In this document: one piece after another, positions 37,876-50,100 of the stretch | Numbering within the stretch: the stretch's first letter is position 1 | Layout: each line of letters starts with the position of its first letter | NCBI GenBank assembly: GCA_946965045.2 | Contig: OX337239.1 | Span: forward strand, 1,240,001-1,304,000 | Direction: 5' to 3' | Source of the DNA: Epithemia pelagica | Taxonomy: Eukaryota > Protista > Bacillariophyta | Length of the DNA: 64,000 bases | Program-made: the position numbers and the translations under genes | The notes under the pieces: model-generated | What the model was told of the DNA's origin: nothing | The model's input: only the letters and a program-made list of their open reading frames with translations | Database searches by the model: none

Positions 37876-39475
37876 GATGTTTCTCTGAGAGTCAAACTAT
37901 GATTGTCTTGCAGGGTGACCGTAGAAGAAAACGCAGTCATTTAAAAAATAAGATAAATGCGCTTCGTTGTCCGGCCACTGTGCGCAGAACTCTACTCTTC
38001 TACTCCTTAGGAGTAGATTGAGACATGTTAGCGCTCTGGATAGAAATGAAAGCGGAGCGATGATGACATAGTCTTTCCAAAATCGTGACAACAACGCTTT
38101 GCAGTCCCCTCGAAGAAAATACGAGCTCGCCTCGCTTGCGAGAACGAGTATAAAACACTCTACGATGCTCAATACTAAAACAATAGAAGAGTCCGAGCCA
38201 GATAATTCTTGTTTCAGTGTTTTCTTATCGAGCCCAACACAACTAATCGATCCTGTCGAGTCACAGAGCTGTATGGGCATATATAATTCACAGAGACAAT
38301 GTAATATCTCTGCTCGCAGGGCATAGATTGAATCACATAGGGCAATTGTATCCTGGCTCGATAGGTATCCATTGTGTGGTGTCTTCTTGGGAAATTGTGA
38401 ACGAACGAGAAAAATACAGAGACGTGTGTTCGACCCATCAACAGCACGGGATTACGGATAACATGCAACACAAAGAGAGGACCTTTAAGGCAAGAGTTTC
38501 TTCTCATTGCTGAAATCTGAACTACAATCACAGTGTCAAGAATCCCTCATGGCGACACGAAAATCCTTACCTAGCAAGTGGTTCCTATAACCCTATAACT
38601 CAGTGCCACCGGCGACTGGTTCAGCTATGGTTCTACATTGAAATGGATCCACATTGCAAAAGGCATCACATGTGGGGTTAGGTATGTCGACTTCTTACCG
38701 TACAATTCAGCGGGAACAAAAGCCACCGACTAATATCGCCGTGCCGAGGGAGTCCTCGTCTTTCAATTTTGTCTGCAGGTTCAGCAGCATCGCCGGGCAC
38801 TAAAGATAGAGAAATAATCCCGCCATATAGCATCATCCTTTCTGATACTTATCTCTTATCATGGTGGATCTTCCGCGTACCAGTTTGTGAGGAATACGCA
38901 GGACGACCGACGTAGACTTTCTGGAGCAAGAGTGTTACGAATGCTTTGGAAGCATGTAAAAACGTTGATCTTGCCGGGCTTCCTGTCTGTGATCTCGTTC
39001 AAATAAGACATGACCGTTTGATACTAGGACTGTGTTGTCCTTCAAAACTCCAGGAATAACTCGTCCGACTTAGAAGGTGTGTCACTTCCTATTAAAAAAA
39101 ACTCACAACGTCACTCTCTGTTGAGTAGGTAGGTGGAAGCCAGAAATCACGTATCGTTCTACGTCAAATGCGAAGAATTCGTAAAAATCAAAAGACAGGA
39201 GGATGACAGCGAAGGACAGGCTTGATGACAGATGTTAGTTCAAGGTGGTCAACAGTACTTCTTCTGTGTCTGGGCGCAACATTGTGCAAGTCGGGCTTTG
39301 TTCCCTGTTTCACAGCAATTTTGAAGTCTTTTTCATTTGCTGACTATCGTTATTTTAATAGATTCGTTGTGAAGACAACTGGGTATCGGATACAGTGTGG
39401 TATTCTTCTGTCGTCTTGGTGGGAGGCGGGAGGGTCTACTGTTGGGTCGTTTCATTATAGACCGAATCTTCTCTC

Positions 39476-40045
39476 TTAGAGCAACAAGGTTGGTTCCCCA
39501 CTGTCGTCGTCTGGATCAAACAAAACAATGTCTGATTCTTCTTCATCGTCACGGTCATAGGGTGTTGCTTCATCCCAGGCAGACGATGCGGCCTCGTCTC
39601 CACCCTGTTGTTGTTTCTTGTGTTGCGCCACAGCTTGCCAGTCTTCATCTGTGGCTTGTCGTTCCTTACTCGGTGTTTGAGCTTGCGCTCGAGCCCGTGC
39701 GGCAGCCAAATACGCGGCCTCCGATGTCGGATATTTAGTCTTTAATTGCTGCAATTCCTGCTGCAAAGAACCGGTTTCCAAAATCAACTTTTCGTCATCA
39801 CTATTATTCTCAGGAGGGCTGCTCCAACAAACGGTAGGATGAATCTTGTTACAGGTGAAACTGTGAATGTTTCTCTGGGATGAAGCTGTCGTGGTGAGTA
39901 CGGAAAAGGCAGCTGTGGTGGTGGTGGCGGTGGTCAAGAAGAGCAAAATTGCACGGCTTGCTGTGCTGCTACTCCCAGTGCTTGTCGCTGTCACCAAAGC
40001 ATTAATCCAGAGCCACTGGATTACAAGGAACCGCGATAACATCAT
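39476..40045 (-). CDS. Hypothetical protein, probably plastid-targeted
   Basis: Hydrophobic N-terminus from MMLSRFLVIQW, an AAF-S motif, a Ser/Thr-rich transit region, then KYPTSEAAYLAAARARA and an acidic end. Confidence 0.6.
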   Translation of the reverse strand: MMLSRFLVIQWLWINALVTATSTGSSSTASRAILLFLTTATTTTAAFSVLTTTASSQRNIHSFTCNKIHPTVCWSSPPENNSDDEKLILETGSLQQELQQLKTKYPTSEAAYLAAARARAQAQTPSKERQATDEDWQAVAQHKKQQQGGDEAASSAWDEATPYDRDDEEESDIVLFDPDDDSGEPTLLL

Positions 40046-40525
40046 TGTTGTCCCAGTATCCGGTTGTCTCTGGTTTCGACGTGTCTTTAGGGATTCTGCG
40101 GGTGTCTGATGTTCTGTTGAATATGAATGGACATCATGAATCATGATGATGACATGATGGAAAGTTCATTTTTGATGGGTCGCGGATGGAAGTGGCACGC
40201 TCGTCTGGCCGTCGTTTCTCCTGTGGTTTGATAGCAGATAGCATATCTAGCATGCACTTCTATTTTTAGCTGGAAGAATGAAGCATGTGTTCTTTCAAAC
40301 ATAAAAGAGGCAAGTACAACGTACAACAGAAACGATTTCACTACGGGAAGTCCTTTTACTTGTACCCAAGAGACTCTAGGTGGGAGATGGATTTCATTTC
40401 CTTAGCTACGGTGAGGTAGAAAGTTGCTGCGGTCGAGACTCAACCAAAGGTAATTGTGTGTGCGTGCTTTCGATGCCCATTCGTTCGTTTGGGCCAGGAA
40501 TACCTGGATTTCCCATTTTCATATA

Positions 40526-40777
40526 TTACGATGTACTCGTGGCGGCATCGTGTTTGCGTACCAATTCGGTCAAGGCCATGTCCCCCTCAGATTTGAACCG
40601 AATGTATCCGCTCGTGCAAAAGGCCGTGGCATCACCTGTGGCCAATCCAGTTTCCGGATCGACATTGGCGACATGAATTTGGACCGAGGCATGATCCTTG
40701 GCCGTCAACAAGCGATTCGTCCACGAGCATTTGCGGGGGACGTACAAATCCACAGTAGCACCAGATTCGTTTTGCAT
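40526..40777 (-). CDS. RPS21: 40S ribosomal protein S21e
   Basis: MQNESG..VDLYVPRKCSWTNRLLTAKDHASVQI signature; 83 aa. Confidence 0.97.
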   Translation of the reverse strand: MQNESGATVDLYVPRKCSWTNRLLTAKDHASVQIHVANVDPETGLATGDATAFCTSGYIRFKSEGDMALTELVRKHDAATSTS

Positions 40778-41602
40778 GTTGTTTCAGTACTGGTCAAAAG
40801 TTTTAGGTGCTGTAAAAATATTTCAGAGAGAAGGGTGGGCGACAACGACCAACCGCCATATCATAGTCATTTCCCAGATGAAGTATGATTGAAACGTGGT
40901 ATGTTGTTGCGTTGTGTTTATGCCGCACCAGATAACACAATCGGTTGGTGTTGAATCAATATTCGAAGAAGTCGTCGCAATCCCATATAATATCAGTTCC
41001 GTCCAAACGAATCAAATTCAAATAGTCGTCGAGAGACACAGGATAACACAGCAAGAAGAACCATCTTGTGAGTGGTTTGCGATCAGTCAATCAATGGGTT
41101 GTACAATAAGCCATGGGATTTTTGCCACACTTTTGAACAATGTAGTGACCGATGGGCTGAACAGACAATGATTTTCTACTAGAAGGAAAGTCGGTGGTCT
41201 TGCGTTTGTTTGTTCACGTACCAAGTTGTCTGCTTCTATTTGTTTGCCTCCTCTTTGGCAGCCGTTCTTGTTGTGTTGGTCTGCCATGTCTACCGTTTAC
41301 CGCTTTACTAGAACCAAAGTCACCGAGGACCCGACCAAAGCACCGACCGCGTTACCATCCCGAGTCTGTCTGTATGTGTGGATCTTCTTCAAAAAGATCC
41401 CTCGCACGTTTCGGTCACTCGGCATCCGGTGCGCAAATGTACATGTCTGTTGCATCCACGAAAAATCAAACATCAACGCCAGAAAAGGAATCTTGACCTC
41501 TCACTTACGCAAAACCTTTTCAAACTTGCCCGAGGGTCCTGATTGAAACAATCACGTTGTCGTCCTTGTTGATTGTTACGCTCATTATAGATTTGAACTT
41601 CC

Positions 41603-44600
41603 ATGTCTTCTTCCAAACTATCCTCAACCTCTTGGGTTTGTTCCCTTCCCAGTCTGTCCAACCAATGTTTGGAATCCTTGTTGATTCCCTCCGTGGCGTG
41701 GGTGACGGATCATGACTTGCAATATCAACAAGACGATGGTGGTTCGACGGTCTTGTCGTGTACGCATCATCACCAGTGGTCCAATGTGCAAAGGCCTTCC
41801 ACCGTCATGGCGCGAGGATGGGTGGGGGCCGTCCGTGTTTTGGCTAAACAAGCATCGGCCACCACGTCTGACTGCTTATCCTGGACAGCCATTCACGATG
41901 CCTGGATTGAGGCAGCCCATTCCACCTTGTGGCCCATTTGGAAACATTCGCTGCAACAACAAACATCCGCAACAGCAACCAGTGGTAGGTACCTGCATCA
42001 AGAATGTTCAACAAGACGAAAGAGGGAAAAGCAAAGAGGATAAGCGTATGGTTGAGGATTCTCACATTATGCCTTGCTGTTTTGTCAATGTTTCATTAGA
42101 AACGTCCGCCTTGCTGGAAGGTGCCACATGGGATTTTGTTCAACGTTTGGATCGTCAGTTGCACTTGAATACGTTTTTGGTACAAAATGTGGCATCGGTG
42201 GTGGATGTCGTATTGGTTCAAATGTTGGCCAGCATCTTGTTTGGTACAACGGCAAGTACATCCACTTTGACCAAACTTCCACTCCACGTTCATCGATGGA
42301 TGACAACCGTCTTGCACAAGCTGCAAGCCTGTTTCCCCTATCGTAGTATGGCGGGAGGATGGCGCTCAATTGGATTGCAACGAGACAATATTTGGCAAAT
42401 GTGGCTGGAACAATTGGAGACCAAGTGTACCATTGTCGAGAGCACTGCTGCCGCGGTGGAACCAACCACCACCACCACCACGACCGCACCTACAACCAAG
42501 CCGCAAGAAACGACCAGTGTCAAGAACAACCAGAAACAGAAAAAGACTGAGACGCCTGCAGTTGCAGCGACCCCTACTCCTGCAGCCAAGGCAGAGACGC
42601 CATCGTCCGTGTCGGATGACGATTCGAACAATCCCATTTTGCAAAAGCTGCAAGCAAGTGGCGTGCCGTTTGAATTGTACAATCACGCGGCCTGTCATAC
42701 GGCAGAAGAACTCGTCCAAAATGTCCCATTGTCGGACGCGTCGCATTCCCATACCAAAAACTTGTTCGTCCGCGACAAGAAACATGGCCATTTCTTGGTC
42801 ACCTTGGCCGCCACCAACACCACCTTTTCCACCAAATTCTTGGCCACAGCACTCAAGTTGAAAGGCAAGACCAATTTGCGATTGGCTGATGCGGCTATCT
42901 TGCAAGCCAAGTTGCAAGTTAAACCAGGATGTGTCGGGCCTCTCTGCATGGCCTTGGCCAAACAAGAGGAGGATCCCAAGGAGAACGTAACGCTGGTGCT
43001 GGACCAATCGCTTCTTTCCTGCACCAAGATTCATTCTCATGCCTTGCGTAACGATGCTAGCGTTCAACTAACACCAGACGATTTCCAATCCTTTTTGACC
43101 AAACACTGTAATGTAACGCCTGTGTTGGTAGATTTTGGAGCATCCGCAACAGGAGTAGAAAGCAGCGATGCGGCACCTGCCAAGTCCAAACCACAGGAAA
43201 AGAAGGTCGAGGCCCCCAAATCCAAGGCTCCCAGCAAGGCCGCCTCGACGGTTTCAACTGCATCGTCGAAAAAGAGCAACAAAAAGGGTGAAACTCTTTT
43301 GGCCTTGCAATGGAAAAAGCTGGAGAATTTTGCTTCCTGGTATTCCGATGTAATTGTCTTGTCGGAAATGATTTCCTATTACGATATCTCCGGGTGTTAT
43401 ATTTTGCGCCCATGGTCGTATAAAATGTGGGAATTGATTCAGTATTGGTTCAATGACCGGATTCAAGAATTGGGTGTTGAAAATGCCTACTTTCCCCTCT
43501 TTGTTTCACAAGACCGCCTGGAACGCGAAAAGGACCACGTCGAAGGCTTTGCCCCCGAAGTGGCTTGGGTTACCAAGTCGGGCAGTGGCGATTTGGCCCA
43601 GCCAATTGCCGTTCGTCCCACTTCCGAGACGATTATGTATCCAGCCTATTCGGATTGGATTCAGTCGCATCGTGACTTGCCTCTCAAATTAAACCAATGG
43701 AGTAATGTGGTACGATGGGAATTCAAATACCCTACCCCGTTTTTGCGTACACGTGAATTTTTGTGGCAAGAAGGACATACCGCCCATGCCACATATGAAG
43801 AAGCGGATGAGATGGTAATGCAAGCCTTGGATTTGTACCGACGTGTCTATGAAGAGTTGTTGGCAGTCCCCGTTGTTCCAGGGTATAAGACCGAGAAGGA
43901 AAAGTTTGCCGGAGGATACCGTACCACAACGGTGGAAGCTTATATTGCCGGGTCGGGACGGGCTATTCAAGGTGCTACGTCGCACAATCTGGGACAAAAC
44001 TTTGGCAAAATGTTTGATATTAACTTCCAAAATGACAAGGGCGAATCGCAAGTGCCGTGGCAGACGTCATGGGGATTAACGACCCGAACGATTGGTGTCA
44101 TGGTCATGGTGCATGGTGACGATACAGGCTTGGTCTTGCCTCCTCGCGTCGCGCCTCTTCAAGTGGTGATTGTACCCATTGTTAGCAAAAAGTTTACCCG
44201 CGAACAAGCCGCTCCCTATTGCGAAGGTATTTTGCAAGATTTGCAACAACAAAAAATTCGAGTCAAGTACGATGATCGATCCCTGTACAATCCTGGATGG
44301 AAGTATAATCACTGGGAGCAAAAGGGTGTCCCAATTCGTATTGAAGTGGGACCACGGGATGTCGACAACAAGTCAGCGCGCATTGTGATTCGGCACAATC
44401 AAGACAAGCAAGACATGCCTGTGGACGGATTGGGCAAAGCACTTGTGGCGTTGTTGGAGACGATTCAACAAGACATGTTTACAAAGGCCAAAGAAGCTCG
44501 TGATTCCCACTTCGTTCAAGTGACGGATTGGAAAGACTTTGTTCCCAATTTGGAAAAGCATAATTTGGTTTTGACGCCCTGGTGTGGTGGCAAGTACGAA

Positions 44601-44807
44601 GAATGGGAAGACACTGTCAAGGAAAAGAGTCGTCAAGAGTCCTTGGCAGCGCGTGGAGAAGACGCCGAAGACGAAAAAACGTCTACAAGCGTGGCCGCCA
44701 AGACCTTGTGTATCCCCTTTGATCAGCCAGAATTGCCAGCTGGAACCAAATGCATTATTAGTGGCATGGATGCTACCTGTTGGGTACTCTGGGGACGATC
44801 CTATTAA
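41603..44807 (+). CDS. proS: Cytosolic prolyl-tRNA synthetase with N-terminal GST-like and ProX/YbaK editing domains
   Basis: join(41603..41984,42100..44807) is in frame (ATS-E-TSALL). ProX motifs HTKNLFVRDKK and GCVGPL; class II motifs VRPTSET, VRWEFK..PFLRTREFLWQEGHT, QGATSHNLGQNF, SWGLTTRTIG; C-terminal WVLWGRSY. Confidence 0.96.
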
Positions 44808-45214
44808 ACAACTCTCGTCTCGTTCTCAGGGCACAACGACAGGCAGGAAAACTCACGAATTCCCGTATAAACAAAAAGAAATGGAAACAGCGTACGTGTG
44901 GTTTGAAAGTAATGACCACCTGGAAACTTTCTGGAAACTTCAGATTAATCATCATAACATTATAATCATTCCTTATCATTATGATTAATCCATGGGGGTG
45001 CTTTTCTTTGCAAGATAGCACTCGCTTATTGAATATGAGGTACTTGCGTAGTTTCCAATACCCTCTTCTGTTTCTGTGGTGACTACATATACAGCGTACG
45101 CCCATGTATCGATAGATGAATGGCATTGTTCGGTGTACATGCGCATGTTGCGGATCCCTGCTATCCCCAACGATTGTTCTACTACGGTGTCTTCCAATCT
45201 CCCTGGAGGGTCCA

Positions 45215-46281
45215 TTATAGAATGTAAGCATTCAAGGCAGCTCCTACGGAAAAGGCCTCGGGAGTGGCATCAATACAGGCTTGTCGTTCTTCGTCCGTCC
45301 ACTTGGCGGCCATGGTTTCAATCGACTCCTTGACGGCATTCTTGATTTCCTTCAGATTGCCCTCCCACTGTTGTCCAAACGGCAAACAAGAGAGAAACCA
45401 TCAGCAAACGAAAATGTACAACGAAAATTCATGAGACCCTGGGGCCAATGACATGCTGTATAACTCAAGCGTCATAGTTGAAACGCAGGAATCGACCAAC
45501 CGAAACATACCTTGTAAAATTCCATAGGTGGATCGGGAACATCTTCAAACAACTGTTTTTTCATGGCTTGTCCAATCATCCGTCCCCCTGCCGTATGGGC
45601 AAAGTAAAAATTGTAATAATGGCACACAAGCGCGGGAATGTTATTTCTCAACTGTTGCAATACCTCAGCATATTGGCGTCCGGCCGCACCGACCGAGACG
45701 GTCAATGTTGTACTGGGCATGAGGGACATTTGCGTCTTTTTTGGACTGGACGAGGGAAAATACACATCCATCATCCAATCCACATCATGTCGCAAGGCTG
45801 TCGTTCGTTCCAATCCAGTTTGGCGAAAGGCTTCCAACTCTGGCAATTGCTCCACCAACTCTTCAAAGGTGGCGTAGACATACTGAGAATCGATCAAGTA
45901 TTGCAAATAGTCCGCATGGGTGGGAGGGGCTTTCTTTGTGGCCTCTTTCGACGGAGCTTGACCTTCTTGTGGCGCTTGTTCCCTGGTATGCAACCGCATG
46001 GCAGCCCCCCGCAATTCCGAATCAATAAACGAATATGATGTGCTTGCTGTCGCAGCAGTCGAGTCGGCCGTCTCAGTGGCAGTCGACGACAATGCCACCG
46101 TCGAAAACTGTGGCAGTGGTAAAATGGAGCGTTGAACGAGTCGTCCTTGTTGTTGTTGTTGTGGAGGCACCATGAGCACAAAGGCCATTGTCAATCTTGT
46201 GGAGCTGCATGTCACCACAACCAAGAGGAGGAGGAGACCAAACCGGTTCCATGATGATACGGGTGATTGGGAAGATATCAT
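45215..46281 (-). CDS. Plastid-targeted heme oxygenase
   Basis: complement(join(45215..45367,45511..46281)). AMRLHT (heme-ligand His), YLIDSQYVY, GLERTTAL, HYYNFYFAHTAGGRMIG; signal peptide plus AF motif. Confidence 0.92.
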
Positions 46282-46985
46282 CCTGTGTTCAATTCAATCG
46301 AGAGGGCAAACCAAAGGTTAACAAGGAGAAAAATAGGGGTGCTTGTGCTTCCGGTAGGACTTGTAGCTATGAGGGGTGGAGAAACAAGAGTGCTTCCAAC
46401 TCTAGTTTGCCACACTGGGAAGATGAGGCTGCAATTGATGTTTCTTGGGTAATGGTCAACACTTTCTTTCCGTGTTGTATGGTGTTGCCTAATCTTCGTT
46501 CTATTCGTCGAATTCTGGGTACTGTGGAGGAACAGTGAAATTGAAATATGAAATACACCATGAACATGAACGGCCCGAGGCAGGGTTGTGAATTACAAAT
46601 TACCCATTTTAGCACAATTCCAAGAATTATAATAAAATTACCCTAACATCACCAATTCATCTTATCTTCCACAATCCCCATCGCATTTGAATAAATTACC
46701 TAATTATCTTTCATATGTTTCCCACCATAGAGCAAATTACTATATTCAATTCTAGTCTCCTAGCTCCATGTAATTGAGACCCTTATTCCATTCCCCCCCT
46801 CTCACGATCCATATAATTAGTCCCCAATTACACATCATACCCCCCATTGAATTATCAAATCACTCCCTATCCACATGTATTACTGGAATTTGGTCGAATA
46901 ATAATGAACTTCTATAGAGTTTTCTTTGCTCATTCGTTACAACAACAGATGAGGAATGGTGAATGAAAGAACACACCATGTACCA

Positions 46986-47074
46986 TGCACCTCCACCACC
47001 ACCACTCATTTGCGTTTGTGCAGATCTTGCACCTCCACCACCACCACTCATTTGCGTTTGGTTTGTGCAGATCT
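46986..47074. repeat. 42-bp tandem duplication upstream of the transposase
   Basis: tgcacctccaccaccaccactcatttgcgtttg...gcagatct at 46986 and 47028. Confidence 0.9.
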
Positions 47075-47183
47075 GCAGATCCGTTTCTCTCCCTCTCTTC
47101 AACAACACTCAGACTCTCTTCCCCCTCCATCGTCATACTTCTTTCCATTTGTTGCAAGTTATTATTGATACACCTATTGCAAC

Positions 47184-50100
47184 ATGGCTCCCCCTTCCTC
47201 ACCAAAGAAGAAACCCAAACCACCACCGAAGAAGAAACAGTCCTCCAGCACCAAGAAGAAAAGCGCTCCCAACAAAAAGAAGCCTTCTGCTTTAGAGGCT
47301 CAACAAGCTTTGATCGAGAAGGATTTTGGTGAGGATGTACAGGCAACCAAAGACGTGAACCAAATGGAGAAAGATGTTCTCCCTGTGTACACAAGCATTC
47401 CTACTCTCTTTTTTGGTACCAAATCCTCTTCACAATATTGGGATTGGTCAATTCATATCAACTGGATTGAATTCGAGAAACTCGTCTCAAACAATAGAGA
47501 AGAGCTCGAGTCTTCTTTATACCCCGGATACCACAAAATAATCAAACTCTTCGATTCCTTAGTTGCCATCGATGAAGAGAAGACCAAGACTTTGTCGCCT
47601 CCTGATCTGAGAGACAAGTTTTGGAAAATGTCCCGACGTGTTCTCATCTGTCCTAGATGTTTCAAGAACAAGTCACAATCACTATCTGATTCGGTTATGG
47701 TTTGCTCGCACGACAAGGCCTCTAACATCTACCAACACATTAAAGGCCATCACAAAGATCTCTATGACACTATACAGGCTGGCGGAAGTATATTGGGGCG
47801 GAATCCGAAACCCCCACCGTCTAACCAAAAGAAGCTATCAGGATTCAAAGCGCCAGTCCAACCACGCAAACAAGCCACCAAGGAACTCCAACGCCTCATG
47901 TATGAGTTCATCAATGACTGTTGTCTTCCAGCAGTAACAGTCGAGAAGCCCCAGTTCCGTGCTTTGTTGAAATATGCCTTTGACAACGGTTCCCAGTTAA
48001 AAGACTCTCGAGCTGAAGCCATGAGCCGACGGGAAATCACTCAGATACGGGTATCGTCGTACCAGGAGTTCATTGATGTTGTTTCCGATCTTGCACGAAA
48101 AGTCCGAGCTGAATACCGTCGCCTTTGTCAACATGAAATCCCATTCGCCACAGTGTGCCACGACATTTGGCAAGCACGGAAACACGACGTGCTGGGAGTA
48201 ACTATCATGTTATGTGACCCACGCAACTGCGTCATCTATCGCATACCAATCGGTCTGGCAGAAACACAAGGACATGCTGCTGTTGACGTTGCTGCCCTAA
48301 CGCATTCTCTTCTTAAAGCCGTGGGATTTCGTCCATCTGACCTTTGTGCTACAGTGAACGATAATACTTCCGCAGCAGTGCTAGCGGGAAAGTACATTGT
48401 TGGAGAGCATGCGAGTAAGGGCAAATGTGACATGCACCGTGCAGAATTGGTGCTCAAGCATGCTACTGGTTTGATTCAGCGTTATCAAAACAAGACTTTG
48501 ATCGATTCCTTTCCAGCATTTGTCGACGCCTGGCAGGTTGCTAAGGAGTTTGCTTCGTACCTCTGTTCCAGAAAAGCATATCACCGATTCGAAAAATTCA
48601 AGTCTGTTGTCTCATCTCTTGGATGGGTTGTTGTGTCCATCCCACTCCCCAACGATACTCGAGTGGGCGGCTGTGTGTTATCCATGGAGACGCTTCTCCG
48701 CATACTGTATCCAATGAAGGAGTATGCCTCTAAAGCCGTTGAGTCGGATCCTCACTTTATTACCCTCTTCAACAAGATCGACTGGACATTGATCTCGCAG
48801 TTTGAAGGAATTCTCCATCCGCTTCGTGGAGTCTCGCTATCATTGCAAACTGATGAACCAGGTTCTGGATCGGCTTCCCTGTTGGAAATCTATACATGTC
48901 GATTCCTTATCAAACACATGCGAACAGGTGTTGTTGGTTGTCTTCCTACCAATCTAAACTATGGTCAACAGTGGGACGCCAGCATCACCATGAAGGAGCT
49001 CGATGAAAAAAAACGGAAAAAGGTCAAGTTTGAGAAACTCGAGAAAGGACCTCGAGACCTAATCCGTCGCATACTCAAGGAATACGATTCATACTTAACC
49101 AACAAGGACGAAGACGGTCTCAAGGCCATGTGTGCCAACCCCCTACTTGTGAATGTGTATGAAGAACATCTCGTCGAATTAGGAGCCTACAATGAAGATG
49201 AAGTAAAAGAAATAAGGCGGCTTTTTATCGAAGACATGGTGAAACAATTCACAAACAAGAAAGTCTCACAAATTGGTGCTTTGATTGCCAAACAAGGAAA
49301 CATGGCAGTGTCGAACAAGAACACCGCTACCGATACTACAAGTACGGCTCGTACGGTTCATGCAACTGCTTCCAACGCGACCACGGGCGGGAAAGCCACT
49401 GCAAACAACGATTCCGATTCCGATTCTGATACCTATGTCCCACTCAACCCATTTGAGAAAATTCGAAGATCGAGGGAGTTGAAAAAACAGGCACGACTAC
49501 AATTGAGTGGGACGGCTGTAATGGGCGGTCAAGAAGCAGAAATCGTTGCGGCATTGCGGAAAGTATGCACAGAAGCATTCGACGAATACCGTTCCATGTG
49601 TTCGAAGAAGGTGGAACATCAGTGGGATACTGTTATACAGAATTATCCCACGAAGCAGTTGGATAAAGATTCAGAGAAGTGGACAGACGATGAGACAAAC
49701 GAGTTTCTCGAATACTGTTCGGAACACAACTTCCTGAAGGTTGGCAAATACTTTGACGTGATGAAATGGTGGGATGATAACAAAGGTGATTATCCCTATG
49801 TGTTTGTTAGCGCAATCATCTGGCTCACTAAGCCCGCTACAAACGCCTTCCAGGAACGCATCTTCTCTTTGGGAACGTGGTTTTCACAAAATAAGCTGAT
49901 GTCTAATCTTTTGAAAAAACATTTCGAAATGAGGACCATGGACTGCCTAACAAGGGAGCTGAGACGAGAAATCCAGCAACGGGAATCCGAATTGGAAGCT
50001 GTGAAGAGGAACAAGACAAAAGGCTCCACTCTGTCCAAGTATGTTGATAAGCGTCGTCTAGAAAGTGAGAAAGGTGATGGTACTGCTGACAAAGAGATTG

